64,000 nt of DNA, taken from Trypanosoma brucei. Taxonomy: Eukaryota. The number at the start of each line of letters is the position of its first letter. Within the stretch, counting starts at the first letter, position 1. The translations under genes and the position numbers were made by a program. The notes under the pieces are model-generated. The model ran no database searches. It was not told the DNA's origin and was given only the letters and a program-made list of their open reading frames with translations. Below are positions 39,520 to 52,548 of this stretch, piece by piece. The stretch spans positions 160,001 through 224,000 of the forward strand of contig CM000207.1 of NCBI GenBank assembly GCA_000002445.1, in the 5' to 3' direction.

Positions 39520-39675
39520 CTTAATAGTAATATAGTAATAGTAACGACTATTAAGGATATTATAACAGTAACAGTAATATTATAATAAGAGCAGTAATAA
39601 TAATAATAAATGATTATGATAGTGATGATAATAGGAGAGTGTTGTGAGTGTGTATATACGAATATTATAATAAGA
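39520..39675 (+). repeat. 70-bp repeats (about two units)
   Basis: TRR triplets (TAATAG, TAACAG, TAATAA) plus GGAGAGTGTTGTGAGTGTGTATATACGAATATTATAATAAGAG. Confidence 0.8.
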
Positions 39676-41051
39676 GTTGTGATTAATCCCGACTGAAAAC
39701 ACAGAACAGATATAACTATGACAATAGCAAAAGTGCAATTGAACTGACAAAAAACCTGCAATTTCTTTAACATTTGCTCAGGGAAAGGCCAGAATTAGTT
39801 GTAGAGCTTGTACTGGGAGGATCGCACCTTGCGAAGATTTTCCCGTATTCTGTAGCCACAAAGTGTGGGGAACACGGAGAGTTTAACATACAGAGACTAG
39901 TTGGGCTACAGGAAGATGAGTATAGAGGTTTCTTTGTGGCACTACCACTTGACCATGTAGGCTATCGTTAACAGCAGTATAAACACATAGAATTCTTTCA
40001 AGCAAACCAGAAGCACAAGAAGTGCTATTGCATCAAAAAATAGAGTAGGCACAATAACCCATAGTGGCTACTTCACTCAATTGACTTGGTAGAAATTTTA
40101 GATAAAGGGAACCATTTCGTTGTTTTCTATATTCAAGCTTTTACATGTTAAACAAACGATCCTTAAATGTCAGATCTAGTAGATTATATAAAGGCAACTT
40201 ACAAAAGTGAAATTGAAGTTATACTAGAAAGTGAAAATTGTCAAAAATGAAGCCATATTCCATAATACTTACATCATTTATAGCTTTTGCATCGGTAAGT
40301 GTAGAAAATAATAGGAAAAACCACAACACAGTCAAAGATAGTTCAAATGGAAGAGGAAAGAGCATTTCAGCTCCAGATAGAAGCATCTAGGAAAAAAGCA
40401 GCGGAAAACCCTCCTCAATGCACAAAATTCACATTTGAAAAGCGTGGAATAAATCAAAGAGGGTATCAACTTCATTTAAATAGACAGCTAGGAGCCGTGA
40501 TTGCTGAAGACCGTATAATTCGGCATTGGGAAGTCCATAAAGAGACTGAAGGAGAGACCACACATTACTCAAAAATGTATAGATGCTAATTTCCGAGATG
40601 GTGATGGCCTTGGCCTTTATTCTAATTGTTGCTCCTGATGTTAAGTGGTAAGTTCAAAATGCAGCAGTTGGTAGAATTACGTTTAGACTTTAACGCATAA
40701 ATGAAGAAAATAGAGGGGATTTTTATGCTAGTGTGGGAACGCGGAAGGCTAGGGTACCTGCTAAGGCAGAAAATTATAGAAATATAGAAATAGAAATGAC
40801 GGAAGCACAGCACAAGATAGGATATGAATTCGCTGAGTTACCGAAGCCACGAAATATCCTTAATCAGGAAGCCTTTGAAGTCAGTGCTACAGCAGTAACT
40901 CGATAACGTAATCACGGAATCGCTTGTCAATGTTATCAAAATGCTAACAAGGTTAAAACTTAATAAACTCAAGATTTACCGTTTTTAAAAGAATTCAGCA
41001 ATGAAAAACCAGAAGCTAAATTCACCACTAGTAGTATTCGTAGCTTTGTAG

Positions 41052-42473
41052 CTAACATACTACGAGCGAATCGACGCAGCCGACCCACAATCAGTAACGG
41101 AAATCAAGGACGAATGTGACGAACTTGAATTCATGGTGGCTTTACACAGGCACTTCGACCAGCAGCTAACAACTCTGAACAATGCAGTAACAATGCTAAG
41201 CAAAAATGAACGAAAGCTAGAGTTGGCGGCGGCAAAGAACACCAACGCAGTGATGGAAAAACCGTATACGTTTCTTAGCGCCATCAACAGTGTGTGCAAA
41301 GCACAGGCAGAAGCGGCGCTAGCAAAGCAGGTCGACACCTTAAAACAAGTGATCCATGAAATCTCTAAAAGTGTAGGCCAACTGCAAACGGCCAGTACAA
41401 AAGCGGGAACGGCGGAAGCAGCCTATACATTAGCAGCACAGGACGGCTCGACGGCAAGCCTAGGAAACAGCCTAGGCGACGACTGCAAAGTGACGTTTAC
41501 TGGAACGAAGCCGGCAATTGCAAAGTGTACCAGCAAGGCAGGCACAATGGAACAAATCGAGAAAGTGGGTGCAGAACTAGATCAAATGGAAAACATACCC
41601 TACAGTCCTGTAAGCCAGATCCTTGGCTATAAACTAGCCGTCACAATCAAAAGCAAAAGCACTCCAACAGGCAGCACGGGGTTGACCAACAAACAGGGCT
41701 GCGGCAACGACACAACAGCGAGCAGCAACGGAAAAGGCATAACAGGCATAACCCACGAGGCTCACACAGCCAAGCCTGGCAAGCGATGCCTAAAGAGCAA
41801 CGGTGGCTGCAAACAACCAAGCAGCACAAAAGCGGACGACTCGTTCAACCCGACAAACCTTGCGTACGCCATCTGTCAAGCAAGAGCAGTAACGGTTCCC
41901 AACGCAGTAGATGTAGCAACACAAAAAGTAGCAGATTTAACCAGCGACTATGTAGCCCAACATGTGGCTCTCACATCGTTAAAGAAATCTGCCACAACTA
42001 CTGAATACACGGGCTAAAAGGCCATAACAGACTTTCTTGGTCCAAAACACACTCCGTATCTAATTTCAAATTTGTGTCCACTTTTGTGAATGGAGTAAAA
42101 AATTTGAAATTAGATACGGAGACGGCACCAATAAGCATCGAAGCTGCAAGTAGTGAAGGCAACTTCGGCAAGGCCTTAGCCATATTCATAGCAAAAGAAA
42201 AACAGCCTGCGCTGCTAGGAAGCAAAGAAAGCCAGACAGCCGACAACAATAAGGAAGCAGATGCAACAGAAATAACAGGAGAAAAAAAAGACTGGCATAA
42301 TAAAGCCGCAACTGAATGTGTAGCCACCGAAGAGAAAGATTGTGACAAAACAAAGTGTAACTGGAACAAGGAAAAAAGTGAGTGAAAAGTTAAGGAGGGG
42401 GCGGCTTTTATTTCTTATGTGATTGAGGCCCCCCTTTTACTTGTGGTTTTGCTTCTATATATAATTTTTTAAT
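41052..42473 (+). pseudogene. VSG: VSG pseudogene lacking a start or signal peptide (stop at 41049), frameshift before the C-terminus
   Basis: Mature N-terminus-like ...DECDELEFMVALHRHFDQQL. A 294-aa N-terminal-domain ORF. C-terminal domain CVATEEKDCDKTKCNWNKEKSE. GPI-like tail GAAFISYVIEAPLLLVVLLLYIIF in another frame. Confidence 0.8.
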
Positions 42474-42743
42474 TACTTTTTCTCCAATTTAAGAATTTTA
42501 TAATATTTGAAAAATTTTTGTATAATTTAAAATCTTTTAACATTTTTCGATGAAATTGTGCAAAGTATTTAATGATTAAAAGTTTTTAAAAATTAAAGAA
42601 CAGAAAAATTGTGAAAACAGTGTATGGTGGCGGTTTAACAGTTTAAAGTATTGTATTGTAGGCTACAAAAAATGACTAATATTATGAAGTTTCTTTATTT
42701 TGCATATTTTGTGAATATTAGTTAGTATTATAATAAGAGCAGA

Positions 42744-43171
<428 letters not shown>

Positions 43172-43209
43172 TAATAATAATGATAATTATGATAGGATAG
43201 TGTTGTGAG

Positions 43210-43309
43210 NNNNNNNNNNNNNNNNNNNNNNNNNNNNNNNNNNNNNNNNNNNNNNNNNNNNNNNNNNNNNNNNNNNNNNNNNNNNNNNNNNNNNNNNNNN
43301 NNNNNNNNN
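43210..43309. other. assembly gap (100 N)
   Basis: Run of n characters. True size unknown. Confidence 0.99.
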
Positions 43310-43524
43310 TGACAGCCCTCAGGCACGACCAACAATAAAGAGGAGGAAAATGGTAACAAAGCAGATGCATCAGCAGACAAAACAGGAGATAAGTCAGACG
43401 GGAATTAAAAAGATGAGGTTTGCACAGGCACTGAAGAAAAAGATTGTGACACGAAAAAGTGTGATTGGAATAAGTAAAAGAAAGAGTGTAAAGTTAAATG
43501 GGGGCAGAAGTTACCTCTTATGTG
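43310..43524 (+). pseudogene. VSG: VSG C-terminal fragment (CDWNK motif plus GPI-signal remnant)
   Basis: ...GTEEKDCDTKKCDWNK... then agtgtaaagttaaatggggg...tcttatgtg. This aligns with the VSG 3' end at 42330-42420 (CNWNKEKSE...tttcttatgtgattgagg). The ingi begins immediately after. Confidence 0.6.
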
Positions 43525-46500
43525 CCCTGGCGATGCCGGCCACCTCAACGTGGTTCCAGGGTCCAGTACCCCGTATCATCGGGGGAAGCCAAGAGCCAGC
43601 AGCGTTCCTTTCATGGGGAACACTGCTTTGCTCCGGCTACAGCATCATACAGCACAAGGATCAGCAGCGTCTTGCTGGGACACCGTTTTTCATTTGTCGG
43701 TCCCTGGGCACGCGCCAGCGTACCATCAGCAGTATCATCCGCACTAAGATGCTGCTGTCCGGTGATGTGGAAGAGAATCCCGGCCCGTCGTTGCGCGGGA
43801 TGCAGTGGAACTGCGCCGGGCTATCTCAAGGAAAGAGATTAGCACTCCACAAAACCCTTGTTGATGAGCGGATCGCCTTTTGTCTGTTGAGCGAGACAAG
43901 GATGACGCCTGGAGAGGCGGCTTGCTTTAGCGTTGCTGGCTACCAACATCACGAAATAGCTCGTAACTGCAAAGGAGGTGGTGTATCAATACTAGTGAGG
44001 GAGGACCTACCAGTCGAGACCGGTATGGCCGTTGTTGGTCGCATTGAACAAGTGCATGCAACAATTCACCTTGCACGTGGAACGGCGCTGACTGTCACGT
44101 CGGCATACATCCCACCAAAACACACCTTCACGGCAACTGACCTAGATACGCTTCTGACGACTGACGGTGCCCAGCTCTCATCGGTGCAGACGCTAACGCA
44201 CACGCGTTGGCATGGGATCGCGCGAACCCACCAAATACCAAGGGTGAAACCCTCACACAGTGGTGCATTGACAACCAGTTTCTGGTCTGCAACACTGGTG
44301 AGTGCGCCATTTACACACGCCACCACGGGGAGTCCACCCCTGATGTGACACTGTCAAGGAATTGTACAGTGTACACGTGGACATCGCTGTATTCTCCCGA
44401 TAGCGATCACCATCACATATTTTTCGACGTTATCGTTGTAGACGACACAGATGCACTGAGTTGCCCGCGGCTTCGAAAGCCCATGTACGCATGGCTAAAA
44501 GCTAACTGGAGGAATTTCCGTCTCAAGGTTGACGAGCTCTGCAGGAAAATTGGTAGAGAGAAGAACGTCAACACCCTGGAACAGAAATTGAGCTCCGCCA
44601 TCCGCATTGCAACGAAGGTCTCCGTCCCCCGTGGCTGCAGAGTAACGCCACCACATTGGACACCTGAGCTCGCGAAACTCGATGAAGAGATCGCTGGATG
44701 CGGACCCTCCCACCGAAGGGAAAAGTTGGTAACCACGCGTAAGCAGATCCTGGACCGTACCACAAAGAAGAGATGGAGCACGCTATGCTCCAGACTTGCG
44801 GTGTCAGACCGCTGCAGTTGCCACATTGTCAAGAAGGTATATGCGCCACGACCACTAACCACACCGGCTGTACTTGTTGATAACGCGGCCATCACGGACT
44901 ACCGTCAAGCTGAGAGGTTCATTAAACTGTACTCGTCCCGCGCAAGAAGGCACCCCGACTCACACCCACCGGCACCAATAAAGACGATAGCGAGTGAGTT
45001 CAGTCTCATCACGATGGCTGAACTACGGAGATCGATCAAACTGCTACCGAGTGGATCCGCAGCCGGACCTGATTGCTTATACAACGAGGCACTGAACATC
45101 TCGGTAGAACAGCGCTGAATGTTGTTCTGAAGCTATTCTATGAAAACATACGAACGGGAGTCGTGCCGTCTGCATGGAAGATCGGTGTTATCATCCCCAT
45201 CCTGAATGCCGGAAAAAAGGCGGAGGACCTCGATTCTTACAGGCCTGTAACGCCCACGAGCTGTCTCTGCAAAGTCATGGAGCGCATAATTGCCGCGAGG
45301 CTTAGAGACACTGTTGAGTCCCAGCTGACGACGCAGCAATCAGGCTTTTGCCACGGATGCTCAACGCTCGAACAACTCCTGCACATCCGCGCTGCCCTCT
45401 GCCGTCCCACGCACCAATATCGTACGGGTGCTGTATTCGTTGACTACGAGAAGGCATTCGATACAGTAGACCACGACAAAATTGCGAGGAAAATGCACAG
45501 AATGAAGGTATCACCCCACATTGTGAAGTGGTGCGTATCATTTCTGAGTAACCGAACTGGCAGAGTGAGATTCAAGGAGAAGATTTCCAGCAGCAGAACA
45601 TTTGAGCGAGGAGTCCCACAAGGAGCTGTCCTTGGCCCAATCATGTTCATTATTGTCATGAACTCGTTGAGCCAGCGCCTTGCAGAAGTGCCGTTGCTGC
45701 AGCACGGATTCTTTGCAGACGACCTGACGCTACTTGCGAGGCACACAGAGAGGGATGTCATCAACCACACACTACAATGCGGTCTAAACGTGGTGTTACA
45801 GTGGTCAAAAGAGTACTTCATATCTGTCAACGTAGCGAAAACAAAGTGCACACTCTTCGGGTGTACAGAGCGCTATCACCTTACATTACAACTGGACGGC
45901 GAAAGAATAGGAGCTGACAGGACACCGAAGCTTCTAGGAGTAACATTCCAGTGTCTGCAGGGGATGGCAACACATGCGGCCGAAACGAGACGCAAGATGG
46001 ACTTCAGACTACTGCAGATAGCAGCCATCTCAGCTTCTACATGGGGGCCAAGACGACAAGTGTTGAGAGCTTTTCATCTGGAACTCGTACAGGCACACAC
46101 CATGTATGGCATTGAGGTATGGTACTGGGACGCTTCGAAACGAAATCGCGACCTCCTTGCATCAGCACAACACAAAGCCAGTCGCATCATAGCTGGCATA
46201 CCGCATGGGACGCGCAAAGAGGACTCTCTGCTGGAAGCAAACCTCCTGCCACTCAAGACGACCACTCTTGTGCGCAGCATGAAATTCATGCTGATGTGTG
46301 AGTCACGAGGCGGATGTTTGCGGCGCAGTGCTGAAGAAGTATACCACAGCAAACACCCAGTCAGAGTCTTACATTCCCGCATCATGCTGTCCTACCCCCA
46401 CCTCCGCATTGAGCCACGCGAGCAACCACTAGAGACATCGACGCTCCGCCACAGCTGCCGACCGCTATTTCACACGCAGATAAAGCCTGTGTGCGCTGAT

Positions 46501-48779
46501 GACCCTGACGATGTCAAAAGCGAGGCTTCCGAAAAGTGGATTGCACGGCATTTTGCACGGAGGGGGAAGGAGCCACAGCGGCGAGAGCACTACGAATTGT
46601 GGACTGATGGATGCGTGTCCCTCGGTGAGAAGTCCGGAGCAACTGCCCTGCTCTATAGAAACAACACGCTGATTTGCGCACCCAAAACTGGAGCAGGGGA
46701 ACTCTCATGCAGTTACAGAGCGGAATGCGTAGCATTAGAGATAGGACTGCAACGGCTGCTGAAATGGCTTCCGGCATACAGAAGCACACAGAGCAGGTTG
46801 TCCATCTTCTCTGACTCGCTGTCAATGTTAACAGCACTGCAGACAGGCCCCCTAGCCGTAACGGACCCAATTCTAAGACGACTATGGAGGCTTCTGCTTC
46901 AAGTTCAGAGAAGGAAGATACGTATCCGACTGCAATTTGTGTTTGGCCATTGTGGCGTGAAACGGAATGAGGTTTGTGATGAAATGGCCAAAAAGGCCGC
47001 AGATTTACCACAGTTGCGAGACACATGGATCCCCGACATCATTGCTTATGCGAAGCGAGTGCTTAGGTCGGAAGAAGTCCATGAGAACACTCATAGGTTT
47101 GGTATCACGGGCAACCACTTTACAACAAAACATAAGGAAGAACTGACGAGGGAAGAAGAAACGGCATTGGCACGCTTTCGGGTTGGGTCTTCAAGACACT
47201 ATGGATGGATGTTGCGAAAGATCAACCCGAGTGTGCCTCCACAGTGCCGATGGTGCAACCAGAAACATGCACCGATAGGACCAACAATACAAAAGGCCCC
47301 ACCTGTTGCGACACGCACTCTTCAGAGAACCTCCGAACCGACAAAATGTACGGAATGTGATGCCGCATACCAATGCCGCTCGAGTTCTGTAACGCACATG
47401 GTAAACAAACATGGCTTTGTGCGAGCTGATGCCCTCCGGAGGATCAAATACGGCGATGCAACACCCGCAGTGGATATCCCCCCGGAGCCCCCTCCAGTGG
47501 TGGCGATCGTTCCTCTACCATCGAACACACGAGTCCCGATGAGACCGCAGTTGCTTCATTGTACCATCTGTGCCTCCAAATTCGCAGTGCCAGGCCGACT
47601 ATTACACCACCTTAGAACAATACATGGCATAGGCAGCGGTAGTTGCCGCGTGAAAAGGGGGCGAGAGAACGAGGACTCATTGCAAGGAGATGGTAGAGCC
47701 CCAGCAGCGCCAGCCTCTCAGGATACACGGAAGCTGCCGTTTCAATGTGACCTGTGTGAGGCGAGTTTCGGTACACACTCTTCCCTGTCACTACACAAGA
47801 AATTCAAACATAAGAGCATAGTGACGGAGGACGGTACCGTGGTGGTGGTGCAATTCCCTCGTAAGCGTGCCCGTGAGGGAAACGTTGACGTGCCGGGGAA
47901 AGGCGAGGTGCAGTGTGGTGTGTGCCAAAAAGTGCTCAGTTGCAGGGACTCCCTCATCCGACACTGTAAGGCTTTCCACAAAGGTGAGGGTGTCGAGCTT
48001 AAATGCAGCAAAAGCAAAAAATTTTGTGCCACTGATTCCCCGCATACAAATGCATCCATGTTGGTGTGCCCGACATGCGGAAGGCAGTGTGCTAGCAAAA
48101 CTGGCCTCACCCTACATCAAAAGAAGATGCACGGTATGAAGGTAGAGCGCGCTGTTACCAGCCAACGCGGCGACTGTGAAGAAACGTCGCTGCACTCGAT
48201 GAGCTGTCCCGGTTTGAAGGAGTTACGTGTCAGGTTTGCGGTGGAAGGTGAGTGTGTGCAGGATATATGCTTCTCCAAAAGGCTGGCGCAGTTTCTCATT
48301 GCGGTTGAACGGAGCCGGCCGCAGGTGAAGTCCTCACCTAAGGTAACAGTCATACAACCCACTCTCCCTTCTGCAACTTCCCCCCTTATTGCCGAGTGTG
48401 GAGCTAGCAGGAAAAGCACCGGATGCAGGAATAGTCCAGACACCCTCAGAGACAGAGGGGGTATGCAGTCAACAAGCAACAAAAACATAAAAAGGGGGAG
48501 AGAATAATAAACGAATAACAAAAATCAAAACAAAAGGATTGCTAATTGACATCTTTGGGAGAGTCCGGAGTGGGGGGCTTCTCGCCCCATCTGCTGTATT
48601 CCGTTCAACTGCGGAGCTACAACAAAAATTATAGAGGGAGTGTTAGGATGAATAAAAAAGGGAGACTCTGCCACAGTCGCCAGATCGATAGCATCTCAGG
48701 GCTCTACGGTGATGGTTGATGGCCGCGCCAGTGGGGGGAAACTCTCACGAAGGCACGAAGAAAATTCCAAAAAAAAAAT
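43525..48779 (+). mobile_element. ingi non-LTR retrotransposon, about 5.25 kb, degenerate (ORF split over three frames), A10 tail
   Basis: The 5' end CCCTGGCGATGCCGGCCACCTCAACGTGG... is the RIME/ingi terminus. A 2A-like peptide SGDVEENPGP sits at 43758-43787. There is an AP-endonuclease-like region (MQWNCAGLS...CLLSETR). RT motifs are present (AVFVDYEKAFDTVDHD, GVPQGAVLGP, FFADDLTL). An RNaseH-like region is present (LWTDGCVS...AECVALE). Four C2H2 fingers are present (CTICASKF..HHLRTIHG, CDLCEASF..HKKFKHK, CGVCQKVL..RHCKAFHKG, CPTCGRQC..HQKKMHG). ORF segments are 43350-44348, 44207-45118 and 45073-48507. The poly(A) tail is at 48769-48779. Confidence 0.9.
45073..48507 (+). pseudogene. ingi ORF fragment: reverse transcriptase, RNaseH, C2H2 zinc-finger region (1144 aa, frame-disrupted relative to the EN region)
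   Basis: RT motif series and zinc fingers as above. The upstream EN part is in two other frames, so the element cannot encode the single roughly 1650-aa ingi polyprotein. Confidence 0.85.
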
Positions 48780-50206
48780 AGCGGTGGCAGCACTTGCATT
48801 CACGAAACCAACTGAGGCAGAAAATTCAGCTGCTGCTGAAGGAATAAAGACACGCCGCGATGAACTAAAATTCAATCATGCACTGGCCGAGGCGCTACGG
48901 AAAAACGTCAGACAGGCACAAGGCAACTTACAAAACATAAGAACCGAAACGCGGGCGCTTCTTCTGGCGGCAATGCTAGCAGACACAATAAAGCAGCGAC
49001 AGGCATATAGTGTTATAGCTGCATATTCCGACGCCAAAGCAACCGCGCTGAAGGCAACGATCGACACAAAAAGCAAACAAATTATAGACGCCGCCGACGT
49101 GCTGGAAAAGAGGAGCGCCCAATTAAGAGGGGCGATTTTCGCAGCGAAAACAAAGGCGGTAACCGTTTCCGGCTCAATAGCGGGAGCACTAGCCAATGAC
49201 CCTGATTTCGGGGGAACGGCGAAGACATGCACACTAAAGCTTTCAGTGCACGACACGGCTGACACGGCATGCGACACCTCAGCCAACTATGATGACACCC
49301 TCGCAACACTGGCCACACAAATTAATAACCTGAAGACCATCTATACAGTCTGCGATGAGACCCCAATCACAGAACAGCTGACGGCGGTAATCACAAGCAA
49401 AGGCGACTTCGCGAGCTCAGGGGACACAACAGCAGACGGAACCGCATACTGCGGTAACCATGCCACGCGATCAAGCGCAACACACGCCATTAGCATAAAA
49501 GAACTACACGGTGAAAGCAACCCGACACGCACGATACCACAAAACCTCGAAAACGACGGAACTTGCGTAAAGCCAGGAGCCGGCCGCAAGGACGGATTAA
49601 TAACGATAAGAGAGACCGCGGCCTCAAAATGCAACGCCAAAAAAAACCTCATATCCCCGGTAATGCCAGTAAGCAGCCCGTCAGCGACCCAGCTAATCGA
49701 CGACCCAACGTTCCAAAAGCTGGCCGCCCTAGCATCAGGACAAAACACACCGCAAACTACCGGCGGAAAAAATGACAAAGCAGCAGCGATCCAACTTTTA
49801 GGGAGCGACGAAACGAATTTAAAAGACAAGTATTTCACCCCACTGGAAAACCAACACGTAGAATTCAACCTAGGTGAAGAACTAATCAGAACCAGCATAA
49901 AATCGGCAGCTTCAGGTGACAATTACGGCGCAGTTTTGGCGTTTTCAGCAGGAAAAGCAGCCATTCAAGCAGTACAGAAGGACATACCAAAAGGAGTGGA
50001 AACAGAAGCTAACGATGACTGCACAGGAAAAGGAAAAGATGATTGCAACAACAAAACAGGGTGCAAATACAATGACAAATATAGAAATGCGAAAAAGACC
50101 CTGCAAAAGCTACAACGGCGGGAACACCAGTGACCAAAAACACCACAGGAAGCAATTCTGTTATGATTAATAAAACCCCTCTTTTCTTGCATTTGTGGTT
50201 ATATAG
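48780..50206 (+). pseudogene. VSG: VSG (type-A), N-terminally truncated at the ingi junction (no start or signal peptide), otherwise a continuous about 470-codon frame with one C-terminal shift
   Basis: Begins IAVAALAFTKPTEAENSAAAEG immediately after the ingi A-tail. C-terminal domain DDCTGKGKDDCNNKTGCKYN. Tail VTKNTTGSNSVMINKTPLFLAFVVI. Confidence 0.8.
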
Positions 50207-50290
50207 TTATGCTTTTCGAAGATTTTTGCTACATTTTGTGAAATATGCGAAAATTGCTTTGTCAGAGAGTCTGTTAAATTTTCTTAAATT

Positions 50291-50306
50291 TGACATATTT
50301 TAACAC
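50291..50306 (+). promoter_or_regulatory. VSG 3'UTR 16-mer (tgacatattttaacac)
   Basis: About 85 bp after the VSG stop. Confidence 0.55.
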
Positions 50307-50439
50307 TTTTAGATAATATGTGTAAATTTGTTAAAATGTGAAAGTTTAGTAAATTTTATATAATAGCAGCTTAGTCGTGTATTTAGTATGTGAAATTGTA
50401 CGGAAAAGGAATGATATTATAATTTTATTTATTTTGTTT

Positions 50440-50555
50440 ATTTTATTGATATTATTTGCTTTTATGATAGTGATAGTATTAGCAAGGAAAATGCAAAATA
50501 TAATAAAAGGAGAGTGTTGTAAGTGTGTAAATACGAATATTATAAAAACTTATTT
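50440..50555 (+). repeat. 70-bp repeat (degenerate TRR plus GGAGAGTGTTGTAAGTGTGTAAATACGAATATTATAAAAAC)
   Basis: Direct read. Confidence 0.7.
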
Positions 50556-52548
50556 GTGAAGACTGAATAAACAACAAAAAAGAAACACAGAAAAGAGTTG
50601 TAGTGTTGCAACGAATGGAAGCTAGAAAAAAAGGGAAATGGAAATGGGAATATTTTAATGAAAACAAAGGCATAAATGGAAGTGGGGTATGCACATGTCT
50701 ATAAACAAACATGAATATAATCACCATTATACAAAAGAAAATAAAGAAGGAGAACATAAGATACAGACAGAGTCCAGTGAAGAGGCATAATGCAGTCTCT
50801 ACGTTACCTATAGTGAGACAGGAAACTAAGGACCATAAATTTTGATATTTTACATTTAGATACAGGGCGGAATGTTTTCTAATTGAGAGTGGAAACTTGT
50901 CGAACAAATTATAGAAGCTTCGTGACTGATTTACGCTCTTCAACTTTCTATTTTTCTCATAACAACTACAAATTTCACATGTATAATGGGGCATCAACTT
51001 AATTATCTTGGCAATTTTACTGGCTCTGCTGTCCTTAGTGTGTTTAAGCTCAACATATCTTGAGAACAATGATGTAACAAATTAAAAAACAATTATAACA
51101 AAGAATGATCCTAAGAAGCACAGAGTATTTGTGATTGTAGTTCAAACGCATGCAACTAAAGAATGGTGTAGGCTCATATTGAAATTATTACAATTGCAAA
51201 AAGAGGTTTGTATAGCCATGTTAAAAGGCCTAGATGGGTTATGCAATATTTAGAGAAACAGAATGCAAGTGATGAGGATATTGTAATTTATTTGGATAGA
51301 TCTGATGTTATAATATCCGAACTTTATAAGTATTGTAAAGCTGTGGAATATTTTATACAGAATACTGCAGAAAGTGAAGAGAAGTTTAGTAAATAGGATG
51401 TTTTCAAAGAGCATGTAGAGAGATGTTACTGGTTTTTTAATGTTGGATATAGAAAGGAAGAGGACAAAAAATTAAATCATTCTAAAATCGCCTCCTAGTG
51501 GAAAACCCTATCTTAGCGGTGGAGGTTTGATAGCCAGAGTTTGGGCAGTTAAAAGGTTTGAATATGCATTTGTAGAATTTTTGGGAGGAAGTAAGGAATG
51601 GCAGTCAGATAAGAGTATTTACAAGCCATTTCTTATTTGGAGTGCAACTCAAAAAGAAGCTGTTGGACAGAGAATTGTTTTGAATAGAGGAATGATTGGA
51701 TTGGATTATGAAGTGAAATTTTTTCACTCGACTTAGTGAAGGGTTTAGGAAAACTACATTCATTTATTTTCCAGGATAGCAGATTGCATGGGAAGAGTGG
51801 ACGGAATTGATTTTTTAAAACCTTAGTTTGTACAAGAACTTGAGATGGAGGAAATTCGCTGGTAGAGATATGGGGAAAATAGAAACTTATGCAATGGATG
51901 GAGGAAATGGGATTTTGTATATCGGGAAGTTTTGTGGTGATACGGGTACACAAGGACATTCTTTGAAGCTAAGCAGGCGTTGACGCAGGTCCTAAAATAA
52001 CTATATTTAACGACAAGCAGCTCTGAAAACTACTGCTGACATCCTAACGATGCCAAAGGAGTCTGAACCTTTCAACTCCTGCATAACCCAACACATGTTT
52101 ATATAATAGCTGTGTTGTTAAGCTGAATAAGAGTGCTAACCGCGTGAATATAGAAGACAGAGGCATGTTTCAGGGGGAAGCTTTGCGATATAGAAAAAAC
52201 AGTTCATATAATGCCTCGACAATAACGAAACGTTTTTGATGAAATAAACGAGGCTCTTCTTGTCAATGCAATTAAACATTCGAACATCCATCATACTAAT
52301 TGACTTTGCTGTCACATTAGCACTATTCATTAGAAAAGACTGAAACAAATTTTAGCGATAGGGAAGAAAACCACTACACACTGATAAGGTACAGAATTCA
52401 ATAAAATCTAGTGATACCAGCATCAAGTCACTCCTCGGAACAAAGAATTATAGCTTCAAAGCAACGACACAAAGCCGTAATCACGGCAAAGCGACGCACT
52501 CGCCACAAAATGCTGCTTTCATCAGCAAGAAGCACTCAACAGCGCAAC

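Noticed and set aside
44413-44895. Minus-strand ORFs inside the ingi (44413-44895, 46514-47026, 47742-48110, 48117-48521)
   Set aside because: They are antisense to clear RT, RNaseH and zinc-finger coding sequence of the retrotransposon.
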